64,000 bases of DNA from Lingula anatina. Taxonomy: Eukaryota; Animalia; Brachiopoda. Both the position numbers and the translations under genes were made by a program. Positions 24,175 to 38,400 of the stretch are shown here, in pieces (positions within the stretch are counted from its first letter, which is position 1; every line of letters starts with the position of its first letter). Location: positions 45,390,401-45,454,400 of the forward strand of contig CM120641.1 in the NCBI GenBank assembly GCA_051362555.1, in the 5' to 3' direction. The notes below the pieces were generated by a model. That model did no database searches, had not been told where the DNA came from, and worked only from the letters and a program-made list of their open reading frames with translations.

Positions 24175-26433
24175 TATGCACATAAACTCACGTATAATTA
24201 AGGAAGTTGGGAACTGAACAAAAGGCATGGTCCTTAAGTATTCCTGTTTGGTTAAAGATTTGGAGTATTTTAGACCTCAGTCTCACCTCTGACAGGGCAG
24301 TGGAGGTTAACGTATATTCTAAGTAACAGAAATACCTGTCCATGCCTCATTGAAAACAGTTTGTGCTATATCAGTACCATCTTCAAGGGGAAACCACAGA
24401 CCATTAATTTTTGTCATCAAAACAGTTGTTTGATATGGAATTATAAGTATTTGCAGTTGGTTATCAATTATGAGAAATTTAAGTTGCTCATGTCTTCTTC
24501 ACTGTATTCTGGTTCAGGTATTTTATTGATCCATTTGGATTATTTTACGTGATGAAGGATTGTATTAGAGGTCAGTTGTGCCTACTGCATCATAAAAAAC
24601 TGAAGCCTGAAATGCTATGGCTGTCTTTAAAGAAGTTAATATCCACCACAGGGTGGCTCACCTGTAAACCTCTATCTCCATCAGTCATCTTGGAGCAAAG
24701 TTACAGGCTGTAGATCATTAAAATGCCATTTACTGATATTCTTGGATATATATACAAAACTGTTGCATATTTGTGGATAATTATACAATGTGGTTTCTGT
24801 CATTTTAATAGAAATAAAAAAATTTACCAATGAATTGTTCTTGAAACAACATTTTCACACTAAAATCTTATTAATGCTTTTTTTCTTTTTATTAGACTTA
24901 ATGGTCACTTTTAGTTATAGAAATCATATATAAAACACTTCAGTTGAAAAGGCCATTTATTCTGACCACCCAGTTGCTCCAATGATTATTAAGAACACAA
25001 TGTGGACATAATGCAGATACTTTTCATAGTGGCAAATGTAATTTTTTGCTAAGGATAGGCCACTGGGTTATAGAATAGTCATGGTATGTCACTGAATAAA
25101 TAAATGTGTTGGTATGTTAAGTCTCTTCACTGTGGGTATCCCTGGCTTCGGTGTACTGTGAATACACACTCATAAATAAGGCAGGCGCCTTCACTATGGG
25201 CTCAGCCCACTTAAACATACCTGCTGAGCCCCGGGCAATTACAAAAATTCCAGGAAATATATTCCAAGGAATCCCTCGTGAGTGTTTCCCTTCCAACCCA
25301 AATGGTTCTAGTTGTGACTGTTAAAGGAAGGCATAACCACTGATGGCACTTGTTAGGGATTAGAGCCCTGGCTTCAAAGAAGAATGGTATTTTGTAGTGC
25401 ACTCATAGATTCTTTCTCATAGATTCTTTCTCATCATCTCTCTATAGGAAAGTGAATCATGTCAGTTCTTAAGGGGGAAAAAAGGAATCCAAGACCATGT
25501 GTTTTTGTGTAAATTAATATTAGCACCATTATTTCTGAGACAAAGAATACTTTTTTTGTTAAGAAGCAGTGGATATTTACAGTACATTAAGGTATTAATC
25601 AAGTAAATATATAAAAGAAAAAATATTTAACCATTATCTGAAAACTACCATATCATGAGGAGACTTAGTTGTTGTTGTGTTCAGTCAATGCCCAATGTAT
25701 AGTCTGTGGATTAACTTAGTGAAAATATCAAGAGGGTGTTTCCTTCTTACCTGATATTTGATTCACTATCACCTAGTGAGAAGCAGACAGATTTAGAAGC
25801 CAGGCTGGCAGAGGTGCACCTGTCTGTCATGATAAAGTAATGATGTTGAAGATCAAAACACATGTGAGTAAGATGGCTTGTAATCTTGAATAAATTCATT
25901 AATCTGTGAGAAAAATATCTGCTCAGGAATATAACCGTAGTCGGCGTCTTCCACCAGGTGTTGCAACTGATATAAAGAATGGTAATGGATGGAAATTTGC
26001 CTGCGGCAGTACCAACTGCCCCGTGAATAACATCAACTTTGTTTAATTGATCAAAGTGCCTTACAAGGGAAAGGATTTGGAAGCTCGTCTAGACACATTT
26101 TATCATGACAACTGCACAAGAAGCAAAGTGAATTTATCTGAATACAGGTTATCCATGAACAAGCTTCCTCACCACTAGGAACATTGATTTGTGAAACATG
26201 CGTGAACACTTCCACATAAGGCTTCAAGACAGAAGGTTGGTCTCAACTCTAAGACCAAAAATTTTGGTTTGACTGATCAATGGAAATTTGTAATAGTCCA
26301 CTTAAATGAAATATTGCACATTATGTACAAAAAGAAAGAAATGATTCATGTTTTATACCAGTATTAACTTGATTTTAGAGGGCTGTTATGGCTTTATCTT
26401 GAATTAAATTTGACATTTTTTTTTTGACTCAAA

Positions 26434-26722
26434 GATCGCATTCACAACGAGTTGAGCCAGGCTTTACAAATCCTGGGGACTAAACATGAAAGAAAAACTG
26501 CCTAATCTTTTAATAGTCTCTCCGCCTCTCACACGCCTCCCCATGTGTCGTCCCAATGGAACCGAGATTTAATGACTGTCCCCCCGCAGGGACGACGTGT
26601 GGGGAGGCGTGTGAGAGGCGGAGAGACTATTACAAGATTAGGCGGTTTTTCTTTCATGTACGACTGCCATATTTAGTCCCCAGGATTTGTAAAGCCTGGC
26701 TCAACTCGTTGTGAATGCGATC
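26434..26722. mobile_element. Foldback MITE, same family as 45646-46191
   Basis: Perfect TIR of about 50 bp (GATCGCATTCACAACGAGTTGAGCCAGGCTTTACAAATCCTGGGGACTAAA), further internal inverted arms, AAA on both flanks. Confidence 0.88.
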
Positions 26723-28634
26723 AAAGTTAAGTCCAACCTTGGACTAAAGATTTTCCACTTAACCAACCCTTGAACTTCTTTCAAAAAGAAACTTTGTTTG
26801 AAACTTTCAGACCAAATTTTAAACTACTTTGACCCAAAATATATTGGTATTAGTCCAAAATAATGAAATCTTTTGTCTGTTTTGTTTCAGCCCTATATCT
26901 ATGTTATTGAAGTGGAGTACTATGAATTTATCTTGAATGAAAGTAGAACAATTTTTGTCCGAAAGTTATTACCAATTTTGGAGCTAATGTTCTTTTGTGA
27001 AACCGACCAATGGAAAATAGATAATGCTTAGTCAAGAAACATTTTCCTGAAAACTGTTAGATGTTTAAATACATTATTGCTAATGCCTAACGGAGGTAGA
27101 TTACCCACCACTTCTTGCATTACACCTTGTTACATACATAGGCATTTAAATCAATGTGCTACGTGAGTAATAGTGATGATTTTTGTGGCTGGGCCAGAGA
27201 AAAAATTGATCATGTATTATGCAAATGCTAGTAGCACCCCATCAGTAGTTTTACCCACCATGTTCATATAGCAGGTTAATGGTCTGATGATTAATGTTCT
27301 TGTATTTAATAGATTTTATTGAAAGGTCATGATATTAAAAGATATTGGGCAGGAGGTGATAATAGGGCATAATAAACACTATTCCATAGTTGAGCATTTG
27401 AAATTGCTACTAGCCCACTTATTAGTCTCCATCCTTAGTTATGGCGATAAAATGATATATTATATCAGCATAGCGCTTGGATTGAGGGAGTGCTATTTTC
27501 CTCTCCTTCGTCATTGCCATTATTGATTTCTCTTCCTACTTATGCAGAAAGTATTGATGTTTGCCGTGTGACTGCCGAGCAGTAGGAGAACTACAGTGCT
27601 AAGATAATGGCAATTTCCTCAAGTGGAAATGACAAGCATTGGTTTGGGTGACCAAATGTACATACTGGGGAGATTCTGGTAAAACGACATTTTTCAAACT
27701 AGTTAATGGTATAATGGCAGCATATTAGGGGCCTTTGGGTCTGTAAGGGTAGTTATGTATTGGAAATCTTTAAAAAGTGCTGAAATTACCAGAGGTTAAA
27801 ATGTGTAGTAAACACAAAGAGAAAACATTACCAAAAGTCTTTGGATGTCATATAATAAATTTTGTTTAAAAAGTGAGATGATATGTTTCAAAATAGATCT
27901 TATCATCCATAAAGCTTTGAGACTACTTGCATACAGTACTATGGTGAATGATTAAATGATCTCAACTGGCATTCAAGTGGGTTAGACATGATAACTACAA
28001 GATTATATACCCACTATCCTAGATAAACTTACCAATGACATTTTACGGTATATACAAAAATGCAGTCAGTGTATTGTACCAGTTTCCAATAAAGATATCA
28101 TTTGAATTATGGATAATATATGATGATGTACTAGTAATTGAGAAATGTTCAGAATTGATTTTACAAGGTGCACATATTATGTTTTATGGTTCTTCTTTAT
28201 CGCTTAATCAATTAAAATGAGATTATTCTAGAACAAATTCCCAAAAGGACTTGACAAGACTTTTTGATTCCATTTGTTTGGATAGTGCATTCTCACGATA
28301 CAGTGTTTCATCTTGGAATTAAACAACCATCTGCCTCTAATACAGTTTAAAATCCCATGTGTATTTTGTTTCATGGATAAAATCTCCTTGCTGCAGGTAT
28401 GGAAATGCATTTTGTTTCACCCTGGTAGCAAAGGGACATGGACACAGTGTGCCATACCTACTTAGAATTTCATTAAGAAATTGCTAAATAATAATAATAA
28501 TAATAATAATAATAATTGTAGTGATTTGTAGTAATAATTTTAAGCGTATGTGCTCAATTTATGTAAAACTGTAGTTTAGAGAGCTTGTAAAATGTAACTG
28601 TACACATTTTAATGCTCAATAAATTATTATTAAG

Positions 28635-28635
<1 letters not shown>

Positions 28636-28730
<95 letters not shown>
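28636..28730. repeat. (AT)n microsatellite
   Basis: About 95 bp of pure TA repeat. Confidence 0.95.
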
Positions 28731-28732
<2 letters not shown>

Positions 28733-29542
28733 AGGGAAGTTACGAACTCTATGTAAAAAAATTCATGTGGGGTGAGGATGTGGCATAATAATGTACTTTG
28801 TATTTCACAACACGGAAAAATGCTGTAAGATTGGCCATGGTATCTCATAAATGTCTAAATTTATATAATCTGTGTTAATCTGGATAAGAAATGAGGTTGA
28901 ATGAAAATATAAAATGCCAAATCTATGTGTCTACTGAGAGTCAAAATGAAAATATGTTACTATGATATATGGAGAAATAATCTCACACTTGCATGCAAAT
29001 AATTTGTTAATGCTAATACTGGTTTATTCAAGAGAGTTAAGCAAATCAGAACTGTGTTTTTTTGTCCTAAAATGATTTAAAGTACTAGTAATTGTTTATT
29101 AGGTTTAACTAAAATGTAATACTAAAGTGAGTAAAATAGACTGTAAAATGAGAGGTAATCAATTGCATTAATAAATTTCGTTTCCTTGTACATTTAAGAT
29201 TTAACAAATTTAAACTCAAATTTAAGTTGTTCTGTGCAAAATGTTTTTATATTGCAAATATTAAAAAGTAGTTATGGATTGGCCAAGGTTTAAGACTTAT
29301 AAGTAGACTGCATCCTCCTGGACATGGGACTAATTTTCTGGTCTTGGATGTTCAGACCAACATTTCATTGATTCCCTTTGTAAAATTATGGAGGAAAAGG
29401 AGCAGCTTCCAAACATTGGTGATTCATCTGTATCAATCATGCTTTTTTTTCTGATATGAAGAAATGCCTTTGTCATAGCAATCATGAGTTTGATTATTCA
29501 CTGTTCATATCTGTGCTTAATGGACCATTTTGGTCTGGCATC

Positions 29543-29832
29543 TGGCGCCAGTTGTACAGAAAAGTTTTAGGCCCAGCTAAGGGCTCTTTGCCAATAAAAT
29601 TATCGGTCCGTGTAGATCAATCCAACTCTTGCTGAATGCAATCAGATTAAAAGATAAACACACCTACTCCTTGTATCCAGTAGAGTACAGAAAAGCTGAT
29701 TGTATTCAGCGAGAGTCCCCATGGAGTTGGATTGATCTAGGAAGACTGATAGTTTCATTGGAAACGAGCACTTAAACTACTTAAGTCAGTTATATCTGGT
29801 GATATAATTAGTTAATTTTGTGATATTGGCCC
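29543..29832. mobile_element. Degenerate foldback MITE, related to 63481-63943
   Basis: Inverted arms GATCAATCCAACTC..GCTGAATGCAATCAG / CTGATTGTATTCAGC..GAGTTGGATTGATC. Confidence 0.65.
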
Positions 29833-30340
29833 TTAAGCATTTTATGATTGATTTGCCCACAATAAATGTAGTTGTCTTTGTAGTACAGTAAGGTGCCTCT
29901 ACTTGTATAGGAAGAAGCCTGAGTGCACATTTATGAATTCTGTTCAGGTTTCTATAAGTTTTTATGGCAAGTATATAAGCTTACTGTCCAACTTATTAGT
30001 GTTTAGATGCCTGCAAGAAATTGATGGATTTTTATTGTAACTCAATCTGTGTTACTTCCTTCTGGGTTGAAACAAGTTCTAGTTAGATTCTATTCCAGGG
30101 AAATTGCCCTTTTTTTCACCAGAGGAATCAATATTTGTGTGGCAAGTGATCACATCCATGTTTTGATAAGACAAAATAATAATAATAATGCAGGTTAATT
30201 TTCCTCATTCCTGGGGGAGAAAATGTAATATGTTGTAAGGAAATGATAAGGTAGTTTATTTTGTGAAAGTATTTGCAATTTATGTGACATGGTGTTGAAA
30301 ATTGAGTACTTTTGATTTGAATATCATTAATTTTTTTCAG

Positions 30341-33300
30341 GAGGAACAATCAAGAATCAAGCCATCTGGTGGGAAGAAGAGATATGCTCAAAAGAGACAT
30401 CCACAGAATCTACTGAAGTATGAGGAAACTTCCTTAGACTTGAACAGTACGGCACAATGTAATGGGCACAGTGAAACAATTTGTAATGGCCACATGGAAG
30501 TTCAGCTCAATGGTTTCAGTGAGCCATACAGCAATGGCTGGGCTGAAGAGGATGGGAGTCAATCATCCAGTGATGAGCTCAGGGTTTATAATGTAAATGG
30601 CATAACAAATCCTGAAAACCCTTGTGACCATAAAGGGAACAGATGGAATAACACCCTGACTGTTGCATGTGATGGTGCCCCATTACACGGTCAGTTACCT
30701 ATGACCAATGGCACTGAAAATGATCAAAGTCTCACAGGAACTGAGAGCACGTCCTTGTCATTGCCTCCTCTGGTTTCTGTTCCTGACAGCAATGGAGATT
30801 TGCATAATAGAAAATTTGACACAGCAGATGGTGAGGTCCATACAAGCGGTGTCAGTGAGTTTGAAAACCATGAGAATAAAGCCATTAAAAATGAGTCTCA
30901 AAAAGGCATTGAGTCTGACAGCAAAAAGGAAATTGGAATTTGTGTGGTCTCTGATGGCAAAGGCAATTATGCCAACGGCTTCTCGTCAGATTACAGAATT
31001 GAAAATAACAGCAGGAGCAATAATGCAGGGGATATGCCAATGTTTTCTCAAGTAGAAAATGAGCCTAATGAAAGCAGTATTGACCAAAGCTCCAGGAAAA
31101 CTCTCTATCAGATTACATTGTCTGAAGACGGGAAGCCTGCGGCAACAGGAGCAGCAACAGAATGGGAGAGGGAACATATTGATGAATGTGGTACCAAAAC
31201 CCAGGGCCAATATAGATATTCAGACCAGCACAGTGAGGCCAGCTGCTTCAGAAACCATGGGGATATCACATATTCTGGAGATGATGAAGTGCCAAAGCAA
31301 GATATTCAATCAAATGACCCACCTGGCAGTTATTATATGCAGGTAGAAAACTGGTGCCAAATATTAGAGGAAGACCACAGCCAATTCAATGGAGTTGTTG
31401 GAGTAGATGAAGGGACTGTACATTGCACATCCAACAATTTTACTTCAGGTGAAATTGATTTCAACGTAGAGAATACCAGCCATTTTGATCAACTACAGAC
31501 TATTGCACTAGACTATATAGCAGGCTCCTACCATGATGATGACAACAGTGATGTCAATAGGGGGGAAGTGGAAAATCAAAGCACTGAAGCAAACATAGGA
31601 GCAGATGATCACCTTGAAGAGGATAATGACAGTGTGAGTGATAGCATATCTCAAAGTACAGACTGTCAGTCTACGTGTAGTACTCAGTCAGAATGGATGG
31701 TCACCAGGTCATGGCAGTTTCTCCATAGTTATCGGAACACAGTCAGCCAAGCAGATCATGTAATTGATACCATAACCACTGACTTGCATTCAAAATTTGC
31801 TTGTATATCAATTCCTCATGCTTGGGCAGATAACGGGCAATGTTTAAGTGATCACTCAAAGCAGCTGCCATCTACCGAAGCTGAACAATCGGCTCCAGTT
31901 TCGGAGAAAGTTTCTGTAGCAAAGTTTTCTGAGGCTAGTTCTAGTGACAAAAGCTCTGATCAGACTGTCCCATCTGACTGTAAATCCCAAGATGGATTAA
32001 GCGATGATTTGGAATTTTTTTACGATGATGAATTTGCCACGGGATTCAACACCAATTTGGCTGACATTGATATGGGGATGCTCAACTCTGATGAGCTTCA
32101 ACTTTGCTCTTCACTGTCAGATGTATTGTCACGTAGCCAAGTTCGACCGTTAGGTCAAGCCAGCAAGATGAAGGTGAAGGCAGAGAGATGCCATTACGAT
32201 AGTGATTATGACCTATCCAGGACCAGCACAGCTTGCAGCTCTTTACTTTCCGTTGGGAGTAGCAATGTCGCTGCTGGCCTGGACTCAACATCGAGTTCTG
32301 AAAACCCAAAAATGTTGTTCATCTCTGGAGAATTTGACTACTCCTCTCCGTACCTGTGTGAAGAATTACTCCAAACAGTAGATCGGCTGAGCGAGCATGG
32401 CCACCAGGAGCAGCAGCCCTCTGAAATGCACTGTAATGAGTATGATGAGTATGACATCTCTAACCTTCCTTATGAACACATGTTTTTACTACCTCACGAG
32501 GCCACGGCTGCCTCAGACACATTTTCCATATCAGACTTTGAGAAGGAGCATTTCTTTTCTTGCAAGGATCTTATGCAGTCGGATGAAATGTTGGATTTCC
32601 CCCCTCACCCTCCAAAAGAGAGAGCTAACATGCATGGAGGAGAAGAATCCCCGTATGATGATGAAGCACACCTAGAGTACCCTTCCTATGTTTCTAGTTC
32701 TGGCGAGTTTTCAGATTTAGGCTACTCGCCCTTGTTTTCCCCTTCCAAAGAGTCTACTGGAATAGCACACGTGTCTTCCGGAAGTGCAACCACGGGTAGT
32801 AATGCTAGTAGCCTGAGAGATGTGATAAACTGTGATCCCTATAGCACTAGGCAAAACTATATGCTAACGTTTGCTGATGGAGGGTCATGTAGTCCCACTA
32901 AACAACTCCATGATAGCTACCAAGACGCTGACACCAGTGATGCCAGTCAACACCTGACAACATGGGCAGAAAGGGCCAAGGTCTTTGATGAAAAAGGGGT
33001 GGAGACTGTAAAGCACTTCAATTCGCCTATCTCTGACAAGACCTCCCCAGGGAGCGGTAACAGCAATCATACCTGTACTTTCAGAGGTGCCAACTCCACA
33101 CCATCTAGTGGCAATTCCCAAAGCACCACCAAACCAGGATTCACAACCTGGGCACAGCAGAGGTTGGCCAAAGAGTCAGGGTACCTGCGAGCAGGATTAA
33201 CGTCATGGAAACATCTGCAGGAGATTCAACACGCCAAGAAAATGAGACAGATCAGTGACTGGAGCAAGAGTAGGAGCATGCCAGATTTGGCAAAGCACAC

Positions 33301-35201
33301 TTATCCAACTGCTCCAAAGTCATCTATGGTTGCAAAAAAGGGTGAAGAAAATTCTGGCTTAAAAGAGGAAGGACAGGAAGTTAAAAGGAGACAAGCTGAA
33401 CACGACAAAGATGAAAGAAAAAGGTTCTCAGGAACCCTCATTGAAATATTTCAGAGGATGAGGTCAAACTCTGAAAGTTATAATTTCAGTGAAGATTTTC
33501 ATGGCTCTCATTTGTGCTCATCATACGACTTTCATCATTTTAATGAGATACCACCAGTACCACAACTATGCTACCTTCCTAAAGGCAAAGGGGATGAATT
33601 ACAAGGCCCTGGTGATATGCCAGCCATGCTCAAATCCCTTAGAGTTACTTCAATGCAGACCAGCCCAGTTCATGACTGTTGGTGCAAAATTCACCAGATG
33701 GCCCAAGTGCAGATGTCACCTGCCAAGAGAAGCTTTGGAATGCAATTCCCACCAAATGTCATGGATACTTCTGTCCAGACCTCTGCCCACTTGATGGTTT
33801 CTCTTCACACTGACCATATAGATCATTCACAGCAAACTTCAATAGAAAATAAGGAAAGCAAAGGCGTATTTCTTATCGACACAACAGTGCAAACAAGTGC
33901 TGAATTGGAACAGAATCGTAAACTTGACAGGAGCTTATTCTTTGCCAACAGATCATTGCCAGATGTTAGTTTTCTCAGTAAGTCGTCTGCCAGTAGTATA
34001 TCTGCCATGTTCAGATTCTCATTCAGCTCTGAACAGAAAACTTTTTATTGTGCACCAAAGGTAACTGTTGATGAAAAGACTGGGAAAGTATATGCACTCA
34101 TTCCAAGGAAAAGTGCTGCTGGGAGAATGTTTGATATGAAAACAAAGGGCTCTGCTTCTTGCATATTAACCCAGAACTTGCCTGCCAGTAAAACTGAGCT
34201 GTCAGCCAAGGTCACTTCAGGTACATCTGAAAACACTGAAGCCAATAGTAAAAGTAAGTCGGTTTCCCCCCTTGCTCTTCCATCTGTGGCTGAGAAAAGC
34301 ACAAAAAAGAACCAAGTTTTACAAATCAGTCCACACGTATTGGAGGGAGAAGTTCCAAGTCTTAGTTCTAGCTCTTCCTCAGGTGTAGAATCTGGCTCAG
34401 ACTATTCCCAGAGAAGTCCAAGAATATTTCCGGAAGATATCCTGCCAGAAAATAGAAAATTGGGGACTCAGACTTTTTCCAAATCTGAGGAACAACTTTC
34501 AAAAGTTTCAGCTGCAGGCAGAGGTCGTATAGCACCTAAAAAACCTCTAAGGTCATGTTTAAGAAAGAAAGCTTTGTTAGAGAAGAGAAAACGATCCTTA
34601 TCTGACCCTTACGGTTACTCCACCATACCATATACTAATTTGTCAGAGGGCCCCAGAGTTTGTAGAGGAACAGATTGTAAGTGCAATGTATGCCTCCAGG
34701 GAACTGAAGGCTTGAACTTCACTTATACTTACAAAAAGAGTACTTCTTTTGATGTGAGGTCAACTCCAGGGTCATTGATTGATTCAGGGCAAGTGGCAAG
34801 CAATTTCTCTGGAGACAGCGAAGATGGTGCAATGGGTGCCGAAAGTCTGAATACGTTGCAACTCTCAGCTGCAGCAAAGTGTGTGTGCATTCCGCAGTCA
34901 AATGATACAACTTTACCCAAGTCACATTCTGACTGTACAGCTATCAGGCCAAAATCCCAGTGTCCAGTTTGTAGTAATCTTGTTGAGGATGGACAAGAAA
35001 TGACCTCCAAGGTGAAGAAGACAGTCAGTTTTGCTAATGAGGTGGACTTTCATTCACCATCACCATCTCCATCACCAGCACCTACTCCATTTGAGAGCCC
35101 TCTCCATTCACCTAAAAGGCAGAACAGATTGAAGCTGGCAATTGAGCATCCCTTGGCCAAAGATGTTCTACCTCCTCCTCCTCAAGTGACAAAAATAGAG
35201 G
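30341..35201 (+). CDS. Giant 4861-nt exon encoding the disordered N-terminal region of the RUSC-like protein
   Basis: Acceptor tttttttcag at 30340 and donor G|GTACGT at 35201; lies within the 1639-aa ORF. Confidence 0.85.
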
Positions 35202-35428
35202 GTACGTACTCCCTTACCTAAGAGTGTAGTAATATATATATATATATATGTGTGTATAGTTTCACAATGTGGAAAAAATATCCTCGTTCAATTGCCAGGT
35301 AGAAACGTCTTTACTAAGAGTTTTATTTTCACACAATCCTTTCACTAAAACTACTTTCACCACCACCATTAGTGCTACATGTACTACTACTACTGCTACT
35401 TCTACTACTGCTACTTCTACCACTACCA

Positions 35429-35474
<46 letters not shown>

Positions 35475-38400
35475 AATAAATGGGTTTTTAAATAACAATT
35501 AGACCTTATTGTTAAGAAGATAGCCCTACTCTTAAGATCACATTTTATTTCATTATGTTTTTTCTTTCAGTTGCTAAGTCCTCCATTGCTTATTAGATTT
35601 TTAATCAATTTACCAATTTATCAAGCAGTATGATAAGATATGTATTTTAGCATAAATTCTTGATAAACATTCTTCCATTTATGTTTCATTTTCCACTTTG
35701 TAGATGCCAAACCTCCTCAGGAGCAGAGATCCGTTTCCCCAGCTAGTGATTCCGACTCTGACTCCCCACCCCCCTGTGACTTTCTTCCATCTCCAACTTT
35801 CGAATCGCCATCGAGTTCAGTTCATAGCACTGAACCAGTTTCTGAGGGAGAGAAAGAGGGTCATTTTTGCAGTGATTCAGACAGCGATGCTGGACCCCCA
35901 GGGGAATTCAGGATTTCTCCATGTGCTGAGAGCCCACCTGCCCTTCCTCTAGTTAGCAGCAAGAGAAGTAAGTGTGTGCATGTGTGTGCATGCACGTGTG
36001 TGTGTGTGTGTGTGTGTATTATATTTGATTTAAATATTGCTATGTTATTTAACTGTTTAGAAAGTCACTCATCTTAGAGAATGCTGCTGCAATTAAACCA
36101 CCATAATTGCCAGTGAAAAAGATTCAGTTTATGTATTTGTTTTTCACGGAGTGTCTTTCACATCTGTATACAAAACAACCTCTTTAGATGAAGGTGGATC
36201 TTGACTTTTCTATGTTAGCTTAGTGGTTTTAGGAGATAATGTGGTATAACGTATCACATGTCTAATTAAAGTACATCATGGCTTTGTGGCTTTTATGTTC
36301 ATGACACAAAAAATAGATGAAAAGATGGATGAATGAGTAGGCAGGTGGAATGAGAGAAAGAAAAATGTGTTGTCAATTGATCGACTGACATGCTCTGATA
36401 ATTCTCTACCACCATTTACCCAGGTTTAAAGCCCATTATTGGGTCAGGATAGAGCACTTTAAGTATTACCTGTAACTTAGTCAGTCATTTGTAATGCTCT
36501 CTGCTTGGGCACTTTTCATTTAATTGTCAAATCCCTGGTGTTCACTGTCTGACTATGGGATATCGATTTGATGTTGGACCAATTTGATAACATGAGTTCA
36601 CTTCTATGATTGTCATGAATGATACATAAAGAGGTTCAGAACATCCTGTAATAAGAAATTAAAACAAACATGAAGCAACTAATTAGAAACAAGGTTTTTT
36701 TATTAATCAGTTTGCTTTTGTTGGTTTTACACTTTTTATTTAAATTCTATTTTTTGTAAAATAGTTTTACTCGTCATAATAGATTCCTTAATTCTATGCT
36801 GAAAAAAATGCAGGATCCTCATCATTAAAGTTAAATATATTAATGACACTGATCTTGTGGTTGTCTCTTATATGATAATCAGGTAGATATTTGATTAATC
36901 CCCAGTGGAAATCAGCAACTGGAAAAGCCTCCTCATTCTCTTGTTTCGTATTCTGCCTGTAATAATTGGTTTTACCTTCTCTAAAATGGTTTCGGGCATT
37001 CGTGTCAGCTGTACGTAGATCAATAAAACTGATCAAAAAGTCTGTCTAATTTCGACTAATTTGAGTCGGTGTAGTTCACCAGTAACTGAAAAGTGAAGAG
37101 GATTGTCTTTTGTATCATTGAATAAGCTTTTTTAAGTAAAATTTATATCATCTTTATAGTTGATGCAATCTTAACTTATATTAAGAAATTTAGGAATGAT
37201 CAGACAATTTACAATAGAGCATTTCAAATACATCTCCTAGAGTGAGATTAGATATTACATGGAATGAAATATATTTTTGATTTTGAAATTTATATATTTT
37301 GTTAAATGAAGGTATTATGAAATTAATTGATAAATCCCTCTCTGTCATAATTTTACAGGTCTTGTAATGGAGGTAATTAAGGCGAGGGATGTGATCCTGC
37401 AGCACTTCTCGAGGGCCAAGGATCCCGTGCAGAAGGTGGGTTACATGTTCAAAGAAAAACAAACCGTATTGATATTTCACCCATCGTCTGCCTCATCTGC
37501 CTATTTTAACCGTAACAAAGAGAATGCATCTGATGTTTGGTGGAATTATCTATCTCCGCTGGGACATAACTAATGAGAGGGTTCACTCAAAGGCCTATTG
37601 ATTTTTTGTGCTGTTCTGTATTTTGTAGCAGTTTCTAAACAGATTTTGACATAAACAAGTATAGTGTTCTGGTTATTTTTGGATTTAATCCTTGAAATAT
37701 TTTGACAGAATGCTTCATACTTCTTCAACAGATAAACAGGCTAAAGTCATTTGATGAAAAAATTAGAAGAATTCATAATTTTTTGTATGTGTTTTCATAC
37801 AGAATTTGGGAGTTTGTAGGTCAAATAGATGAAAAGCCCAGAAAAAAATATTGAAGTTATACTTTTTTCTCCAAAACTCAAAACTTAAACATAACTCTTT
37901 TTTCTTGACTTCTGCTAACTGCAGTATAGTCACAAGTCAAAATTATTTAAATGAGAGAATTTATAAAAGTACATATAATATAGTTTAGCTAAAAATATAA
38001 AGAATGGTAAAGTAAAAGTTCCAGATAGTACATATTTTATTAAAAATTTTTTTCACTCGAAAAGAGCATTTGTTATCATGACAAGATACATAGATAAAAA
38101 AAATCATGTAAATAGTAGCCCGAGGTTAAGAAATGATGACGCAGGCTATCAGCTTCATTTTCATGTCTACATATACGCCTGCTTGATAAGCATGCACATA
38201 TGGCGACGAGGTGGCATGCCTCAGAATGGAAATCGTCTGACATAGCCTAAAGTAAGGTTGTCAACACCAGGTGTCATATGAGACTAGAAGCGTGCAAGAA
38301 ACTGTGTTAGTTAGGGCATACCTTATAGCAGTAAGGGTGAAATTGTTTGCGCCAGGAATGTCACGTTAGAAAGCAATACAATAGTGACATGCAAAATATA

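Noticed and set aside
23841-24228. ORFs rich in CV/HT repeats
   Set aside because: Translations of the (CA)n microsatellite.
28630-28848. YIYI-repeat ORF
   Set aside because: Translation of the (AT)n microsatellite.
35262-35502. Poly-Val / poly-Thr ORFs
   Set aside because: Intronic (ACT)n microsatellite with no supporting splice sites.
35704-35952. 82-aa ORF MPNLLRS...
   Set aside because: Wrong frame of RUSC-like exon 35704-35967; splice phase requires DAKPPQEQ...
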